A DNA stretch of 64,000 bases, from NCBI RefSeq assembly GCF_009914755.1, contig NC_060947.1. One strand, 5' to 3'. Each line of letters opens with the position of its first letter. The first letter of the stretch is position 1. Source of the DNA: the human T2T-CHM13v2.0 reference genome, Homo sapiens. A model generated the notes under the pieces. The model did not search any database. It was given only the letters and a program-made list of their open reading frames with translations, and was not told where the DNA came from. The position numbers were made by a program, and so were the translations under genes. Below, piece after piece: positions 53,846-64,000 of this stretch.

Positions 53846-54051
53846 AATATAATATAAAAATGAAGCATTTTCAGTTGGTATCTTGCTCAGATATTTTAAA
53901 GTATTGTACTCAATTGAATAAAGTATGCTATCCTAATTAATTTTAAAATATTTTTTGAGGACCTACTATGTGCTAGGCAGTAATCTAGGTGCTGGGAATA
54001 CAGTGGTGAACAAAGAAGACAGTTCTTGCCCTCCTAGAGTACATATTACAC

Positions 54052-54573
54052 TGAGCAGGAGACATGATCGAATTTTCTCCTTCCTGTCCAGATCTATTCT
54101 CTATGCTTCTCCACCCTGTTCTGTGCTCCAGGAGGCTTATCCTTAACATCAAATCCTCAGGATTCCTTACCTTGTGTCTTCTGATTAGGATTGTTCCATG
54201 GGTGTGGGTTGATAGGCAGATCACAGTGAAGTTGGGAAATTAAGTTGATGTTCTTATATCCTTCTGCTCTTTCTCTGCCGGTTATTAACTGCAGATAAGC
54301 TGTGTCCTTTTACAAGGTTATGAAGAGTCAGGTAAGGTTGCATTCCCCGTGTAGCTTTCCAATCCAGGTTCTCATAAACCCTCTCTCTCCTTGCCTCTTT
54401 ACTCCTAGGGATGGAATGTCTTTCCACTGTTGCTATCCCGGGGATGTTGCACTATCTCTTGTTAATTTGTCTAACCCCTGCTCACACTCTGCCACTAATC
54501 CTTTTTATTAAACTCTCCTCAAATTACTACTTTTGAGTGTTCCATCTATTTTCTGTCTGGACATGTACTGATA
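54052..54573 (+). mobile_element. LTR33A-like ERVL solo LTR
   Basis: CCAGATCTATTCTC..CTTCTCCACCCTGTTCTGTGCTCC start and TTATTAAACTCTCCTCAAATTAC..TTTGAGTGTTCCATCT..ACTGATA end. Confidence 0.75.

Positions 54574-54577
<4 letters not shown>

Positions 54578-54619
<42 letters not shown>
54578..54619. repeat. Perfect (AC)n microsatellite, ~21 units
   Basis: Read directly. Confidence 0.97.
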
Positions 54620-54622
<3 letters not shown>

Positions 54623-55289
54623 ACATTTTAACTGGTGCTAAGTGCTATGAAGACAAATAAAATATGGTAAGAAACATATAGTTCTTGAAAAGTGGTAATT
54701 TAAATTTAATGGTCAAGAAAGATCCTGAGATCATTTGAGTAGAAACCTGAAAGAAGGGAGAAAGTGAACCACACAAGTGTCTGGACAAGCTTCGGACACA
54801 AAGTGAATACAAATTTCTAAAGACAGGAACAAGCTTAGCGTGTTGGACTGAAAGAACTCCAGTATGTTTAGAAAACAAATGAGTGAGGAGTAGAATAGTA
54901 AAAGGTGAGGACTGTTTGCCCTAATTATATTTTTAAAAATTACTTCACATGCCATGTGGTTTAAAGGGAGCAAGATTAAAAGTAAAAGCAGAAATCCAGT
55001 AAGGAAGATATTGTAGTAGCCCAGAAAAGGGATAATGATGGATATGAGAAATTTTTGAATATTATATATAATTTCCAGGAAAAGTGACCAGGAAATACTG
55101 ATGGAGTGAATATGGAGTGAAGAGAAAACAGAAAATCAAGGATGATTTCTAGATTTTTGGACTGAGTGATTTGATAAAGTATAGTACCATTTACTGCAGT
55201 GGAAAGTATTAGAGAAAAGGTGAGTTTGAGGGGGAAAGCCTTCTGTTTAATCTTACCCTCATTATGGATGAATTTCACTTAAAATTGAC

Positions 55290-55830
55290 TATAGCAGTTT
55301 ACATAAAATTGTGGTGATTTACTTGACAGTCCTTGGCTAGAGAGGTAGGATTTATATCCCTTTCCCTTGAATCAGAGTTCACTTATGATTGGCTTGGCAA
55401 ATAGAATGTGATGGAAAGATGATGTGGCTTCTACCTCATTTGCTGGAAAACTATTGCTTACAGCTGTGAAATGGCATGAAGATGTCTGAGTAACCTGAAG
55501 TCACTATACTGTGAAGAAATCAGTTCACATCAAGAGACTATGTATTGTTGCTCTGTTGATCAGTTTTGGTGTTTTAGTCTTTCCAAACCAAGCATCAGGT
55601 ATTAGTAAAGGAGTTTCCACATATTTGCTATTCTCCAGCCATTGAGTCATCCCCAGCCATCATGTATTTCTGAGGTTCCAGACATTGTGAATTAGACAAA
55701 CCAGAGCTGCTATCCTTTGTCTGAATTCCTGAATTCCTGACTCACAGAATTTGTGAGTACAATAAAATGACTTTTTTAAAAGTCAGTAAGTTTTTAGGCA
55801 GTTTCTTAGGTATCAATAGTAATCAAAACG
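55290..55830 (+). mobile_element. MaLR LTR (MLT1G-like)
   Basis: CCCTTGAATC..AATAGAATGTG..TGTCTGAATTCCTGA..CACAGAATTTGTGAG..AATAAAATG. Confidence 0.75.
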
Positions 55831-55834
55831 CTGT

Positions 55835-58147
<2,313 letters not shown>

Positions 58148-58148
58148 C

Positions 58149-59340
58149 AGTCCTGAATATCCTTGTTAATTTTCTGTCTCATTGACCTAATATTGACAGT
58201 GGGGTGTTAAAGTCTCCCACTAGTATTGTGTGGGAGTCCAAGTCTCTTTGTAGGTCTCTAAGAACTTGCTTTTTGAATCTGGGTGCTCCTGTATTGGGTG
58301 CATATGTATTTAGGATAGTGAGCTCTTCTTGTTGCATTGATCCCTTTACCATTATGTAATGCCCTTCTTTGTCTTTTTTGATCTTTGTTGGTTTAAAGTC
58401 TGTTTTATCAGATACTAGGATTTTAACTCCTGCTTTTTTTTGCTTTCCATTTGCTTGGTAAATATTCCCCCATCCCTTTATTTTGAGCCTATGTGTATCT
58501 TTGCACGTGAGATGGGTCTCCTGAATACAGCAGACTGATGGGTCTTGACTCTTCATCCAATTTGCTAGTGAGTGTCTTTTAATTGGGGCATTTAGCACGT
58601 TTACATTTAAGGTTAATATTGTTATGGGTGACTTTGATCCTGTCATTATGATGCTACCTGGTTATTTTGCCCGTTAGTTGATGCAGTTTCTTCATAGTGT
58701 CAATAGTCTTTACAATTTGGTATGCTTTTTCAGTGGCTGGTACCGTTTTTTCCTTTCCATATTTAATGCTTCCTTCAGGAGCTCTTGTAAGGCAGGCCTG
58801 GTGGTGACAAAATCTCTCAGCATTTGCTTGTCTGTAAAGGATTTTATTTCTCCTTTGCTTATGAAGCTTAGTTTGGCTGGATATAAAATTCTGGTTTGAA
58901 AATTCTTTTCTTTAAGAATGTTGATTATTGGCCCCCACTCTCTTCTGCTTGTAGGATTTCTGCAGAGAGATCCACTGTTAGTCTGATAGGCTTCCCTTGG
59001 TGGGTAACCAGACCTTTTTCTCTGGTTGCCTTTAACACTTTTTCCTTCAATTCAACCTTGGTGAATCTGATGATTATATGTCTTGGGGTTGCTCTTCTCA
59101 AGGAGTATATTTGTAGTGTTGTTTGTATTTCCTGAATTTGAATGTTGGCCTGTCTTGCTAGGTTGGGGAAGTTCTCCTGGATAATATCCTGAAGAGTGTT
59201 TTCCAATTGCTTCCATTCTCCCCGTCACTTTTAGTTACCCCAATCAAATGTGGGTTTGGTCTTTTTCACATAGTCCCATATTTCCTGGAGGCTTTGTTTG
59301 TTCCTTTTCATTCTTTTTTCATTAATCTTGTCTTCACTCG
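58149..59340 (-). mobile_element. Inverted 5' segment (ORF1 C-terminal half plus ORF2 EN start) of a twin-primed L1PA7-like element
   Basis: ORF 58179..58646(-) MTGSKSPITILTLNVNVLNAPIKRH...LVGDFNTPLS is the L1 endonuclease N-terminus. ORF 58925..59206(-) is ORF1. Confidence 0.95.
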
Positions 59341-59342
59341 TT

Positions 59343-62300
59343 ACCAAGGAGACCTAATAGACATCTACACAATTTTCCATGCCAAATCAACAGAACATAC
59401 ATTCTTCTCAGCACCACATCACACTTATTCTAAAATTGACCACATAATTGAAAGTAAAACAGTCCTCAGCAAATGCAAAAGAACAGAAATCATAAAAAAC
59501 ACTTTCTCAGACAACAGTGCAATCAAATTAGAGCTCAGGATTAAAAAACACACTCAAAACCACACAACTACATGGAAACTGAACAACCTGCTCCTGAATG
59601 ACTACTGGATACATAAAACAAATTAAGGGAGAAATAAATAAGCTCTTTGAAACCAATGAGAACAAAGACACAATGTACCAGAATCTCTGGGACACAGCTA
59701 AAGCAGTGTTTAGAGGGAAATTTATAGCACTAAATGCCCACAGGAGAAAGCAGGAAAGATCTAAAATCAACACCCTAACATCACAATTAAAATAACTAGA
59801 GAAGCAAGAACAAACAAATTCAAAAGATAGCAGAAGACCATAAATAATGAAGATCAGAGCAGAACTGAAGGAGATAGAGACACAAAAAACCCTTCAAAAA
59901 ATCAATGAATGCAGGAGCTGGTTTTTTGAAAAAATTAAGAAAATAGAACACTAGCCAGGCTAATAAAAGAGAGTAGAATCAAATAGACACAATAAAAAAA
60001 TGATAAAGGGGATATCACCACTGATCCCCCAAAAATACAAACTACCATCAGAGAATACTATAAACACCTCTAGGCAAATAAACTAAAAAATCTAGAAAAA
60101 ATGGATAAATTCCTGGACATATACACCCTCGCAAGACTAAACCAGAAAGCCAATGAATCCCTGAATAGATCAATAACAAGTTCTGAAATTGAGGCAGTAA
60201 TCAATAGCTTACCAATCAAAAAAAAAGGCCACGACCAGACGGATTCACAGCCGAATTCTACCAGAGGTACAAAGAGGAGCTGGTACCATTCCTTCTGAAA
60301 CTATTCCAAACAACAGAAAAAGAGAGACTCCTCCCTAACTCATTTTATGAGGCCAGCATCATCCTAATACCAAAACCTGGCAGAGACACAACAAAAAAAA
60401 CAAAATTTCAGGCCAATATCCCTGATGAACGTTGGTGCGAAGATCCTCAATAAAATACTCTCAAACTGAATCCAGCAGCACATCAAAAAGCTTATGCAAC
60501 ACAATCAAGTCATCTTTATCCCTGGGATGCAAGGCTGATTCAACATACACAAATCAATAAACATAATCCATCACATAAACAAAAGCAATGACAAAAACCA
60601 CATGAATATCTTAATAGATTCAGAAAAGGCCTTTGATAAAATTCAACAAACTTTCAGGCTAAAAACTCTCAATAAGCTAGGTATTGATGGAATGTATCTC
60701 AAAATAATAAGAGCTATGTATGACAAACCCACAGCCAGTATCATACTGAATGGGTAAAAGCTGGAAGCATTCCCTGTGAAAACCGGCACAAGAGAAGGAT
60801 GCCCTCTCTCACCACTCCTATTCAACGTAGTATTAGAAGTTCTGGCCAGGGCAATCAGGCAAGAGAAAGAAATGAAGGGTATTCAAATAGGAAGAGAGAA
60901 AGTGAAATCATCTCTGTTTGTAGATGATATGATTGTATATTTAGAAAACCCCATTGTCTTAGTGCAGAACCTCCTTAAGCTGATAAGCAACTTCAGCAAA
61001 GTCTCAGGATACAAAATCAATCTGCAAAAATCACAAACATTCTTATACACCAATAACAGACAAACAGCCAAATCATGAGTGAACTCGCATTCACAATTGC
61101 TACAAAGAGAATAAAATACCTAGGAATACAACTTACAAGGGATGTGAAGGACCTCTTAAAGGTCAACTACAAACCACTGCTCAAGGAAATCAGAGAGGAC
61201 ACAAACGAATGGAAAAACATTCCATGCTCATGGATAGGAAGAAACATGAAAATGGCCATACTGCCCCAAATAATTTATAGATTCAAAGCCATCCCCATCA
61301 AGCTATGATTGACTTTCTTCTCAGAATTAGAAAAACTACTTTAAATTTCATATGGAACCAAAAAAGAGTCCGTATAGCCAAGACAATCCTAAGCAAAAAG
61401 AGCAAAGCTGGAGGCATCATGCTACCTGACTTCAAACCACATACAAGGCTACAGTAACCAAAACAGCATGGTACTGGTACCAAAACAGATATGTAGACCA
61501 ATGGAACAGAACAGAGGCCTCAGAAATAACGCCACACATCTACAACCATCTGATATTTGACAACCCTGACAAAAGCAAGCAATGGGGAAAGGATTTCCTA
61601 TTTAATAAATGGTGTTGGGAAAACTGGCTAGCCATATGCAGAAAACTGAAACTGGACCATTTCCTTACACCTTATAGAAAAATTAACTCAAGATGGATTA
61701 AAGACTTAAATGTAAGACCTAAAACCATAAAAAACCTAGAAGAAAACCTAGGCAATACCATTCAGGACATAGGCATGGGCAAAGGCTTCATAACTAAAAC
61801 ACTGAAAGAAATGGCAACAAAAGCCAAAATTGACAAATGGGATCTAATTAAACTAAAGAGCTTCTTCACAGCAAAAGACACTATCATCGTAGTGAACAGA
61901 CAACCTACAGAATGGGACAAATGTTTTTCAATGTATCCATCCGACAAAGGGCTAATATCCAGAAGCTACAAGGAACTTAAACAAATTTCCGAGAATAAAA
62001 CAACCCCATCAAAAAGTGGGTGAAGGATATGAACAGATAGTTCTCAAAAGAAGACTTTTAGGTGGCCAACAAACATATGAAAAAAAGCTCATCATCACAG
62101 GTCATTAGAGAAATGCAAATCAAAAGCACAATGAGATACCATCTAATGCCAGTTAGAAGGGCAATCGTTAAAAAGTCAGGAAACCAAACACTGCGTGTTC
62201 TCACTCATAGGTGGGAATTGAACAATGAGAAAACTTGGACACAGGAAGGGGAACATCACACACCGGGGCCTGTCATGGGGTGGGGGGAGGGGGGAGGGAT

Positions 62301-63115
62301 AGCACTGGGAGATATACCTAATGTAAATGACGAGTTAATGGGTGCAGCACACCAACACGGCACATGTATACATAAGTAACAAACCTGCATGTTGTGCACA
62401 TGTACCCTAGAACTTAAAGTATAATAAAAAAAAAAAAAGGAAAAAAAGTCAGGAAACAACAGATTCTGGAGAGGATGTGGAGAAATGGGAACACTTTTAC
62501 ACTGTTGGTGGGAATGTAAATTAGTTCAACCATTGTATAAGACAGTGTGGCAATTCCTCAAGGATCTATAACCAGAAATACCATTTGACCCAGCAATCCC
62601 ATTACTGGGTATATACCCAAAGGATTATAAATCATTCTTCTATAAAGACAGATGCACACACATGTTTATTGCAGCACTATAAACGCAATAGCAAAGACTT
62701 GGAACCAACTCAAATGCCCATCAGTGACAGACTGGATAAAGCAAATCTGGCACATATATATCATGGAATACTATGCAGCCATAAAAGGATGAGTTCATGT
62801 CCTTTGCAGGGTCATAGATGAAGCTGGAAACCATTGTTCTCAGCAAACTAACACAGGAACAGAAAACCAAACACTGCATGTTCTCACTCATAAGTGGGAG
62901 TTGAACAATGAGAACACATGGACACAAGTAGGGGAACAGTACACACTGGGGCCTGTTGGGGGGGTGAGGGGCTAGGGGAGGGATAGCATTAGAAGAAATA
63001 CCTAATGTAGATGATGGGTTGATGGGTGCAGCAAACCACCATGGCATGTGTACACTTATGTAACAAACCTGCACGTTCTGCACATGTATCCCAAAACTTA
63101 AAGTATAATAAAAAA
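59343..63115 (+). mobile_element. Sense 3' segment of the twin-primed L1PA7-like element (EN C-terminal part, RT, 3' UTR)
   Basis: DLIDIY..FFSAPHHTYSKIDH and [22 protein letters not shown], then L1PA7-type 3' UTR and A tail. Confidence 0.96.
62185..62442 (+). mobile_element. Short younger L1PA (L1PA4/5-like) 3' insertion nested in L1 ORF2, perfect 15-bp TSD
   Basis: GGGAGATATACCTAATGTAAATGACGAGTTAATGGG and poly(A). TSD AAAAAGTCAGGAAAC at 62170-62184 and 62443-62457. Confidence 0.96.
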
Positions 63116-63524
63116 TATCTAACGGTAAAAAAGCTTACAACAAAAGTCATAAAAGAAGATATGGAAAAGAACATTTTAATTTTATTCAGATAAACTGGAA
63201 ATGAGGTATATTAACCATAAACAAAAAGTTGAACATTTGACAACATTAAAATAAAAACTGTTCAATAGAAGACATCATTAAGAAAGTGAAAAGTAAAGCC
63301 ATACAATTGGAGAAGACATTTGTAATAAATGTAATGTACAACATGCTTTAATATAGAATCTATAACTACCTACCACAAAAAGCCCAGTAGAAAAATGGCT
63401 ATGGAACCTCAACTGGTACTGCATAAAAAATCATAGCCAAAGGGAAAGTGGACAAATGAAAATGCTCAAAGAAACGCAAACTGAACCCACAATGTTATAT
63501 AGCTATATAACCCAATAAAACAGC

Positions 63525-63870
63525 AAAGAGGTAGAAAGTAGAATGGTGCTTACAAGAGGCTGGGAAGAGGAAGGCACAGAAAAGTTGGTTAAGAAAATTT
63601 GGCTAATGGGTACACAATACATTTAGATTGAAGGAATAAGTTCTAGTATTTGATAGCCAGTAGGGTGACTATAGTTAACAATAATTTATTGTGTATTGCA
63701 AAATCACTAAAAGAGAAGATTTGGAATGTTGCCAATTCAAAGAAATGGTAAAATTTGAGATACTGGGTATCACAATTTCTCTGGTTTGATCATTGCGCAT
63801 TGTATGCATACATCAAAATATCATGTGTGACCCAGAAATATGTAAAATCATGATGTATCAATAAAAAAGA
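63525..63870 (+). mobile_element. L1MA (L1MA5-8-like) 3' UTR fragment
   Basis: GTAGAATGGTG..GGAATAAGTTCTAGT..TAGGGTGACTATAGTTAACAATAATTTATTG..GTATCAATAAAAAA. Confidence 0.88.
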
Positions 63871-64000
63871 GAATAGAAAATATTATATGATGGTGAAAAC
63901 GTAAAGGGCATTCTCAACCCTGGTGCTATTAAATCACTTTGCAGAAGAGTTTTATATCATCCTTCTAAGTTGAACGAATGAATACATTCATATCTAGCAA

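Larger units (their letters stand above)
53935..55240 (-). mobile_element. L2 fragment split by an LTR and a (CA)n repeat
   Basis: CCTACTATGTGCTAGGCA..CTAGGTGCTGGGAATACAGTGGTGAACAA. Resumes at 54630 (TAAGTGCTATGAAGA) through AATCAAGGATGATTTCTAGATTTTTGG. Confidence 0.8.

Noticed and set aside
58179-58646. 155-aa endonuclease ORF as a stand-alone domesticated nuclease
   Set aside because: It is the L1 ORF2 N-terminus cut by the inversion and lacks the C-terminal catalytic part of EN. Openness over 155 codons is plausible by chance for an element of this age.

Overview
AT-rich primate (human-like) genomic DNA that is mostly transposable-element derived. It is dominated by LINE-1 of many ages (L1PA5/7/13-like, L1PB, L1MA, L1MB-ME), often nested. 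It also holds six dimeric Alus, two FLAM monomers, an ERV1/MER4-group half-provirus with a tRNA-Gln primer-binding site, an ancient ERV-L pol remnant, solo LTRs (MLT2A, MLT1, LTR33-like), MER58A, MIR and L2 fragments. I see no credible host protein-coding gene, RNA gene or CpG island. The longer ORFs in the track are broken L1 ORF1/ORF2 pieces or chance ORFs in repeats. I cannot support a new biological system. The most unusual structure is a ~1.5-kb inversion in the ERV-L pol remnant, marked by a 163-bp, ~90%-identical inverted duplication. Other notable items are a twin-primed L1 carrying a nested younger L1, a deep L1/Alu nest with readable TSDs, and three 3'-less L1 5' ends. Family and subfamily names come from recalled consensus motifs, not a database search, and boundaries of old elements are approximate.
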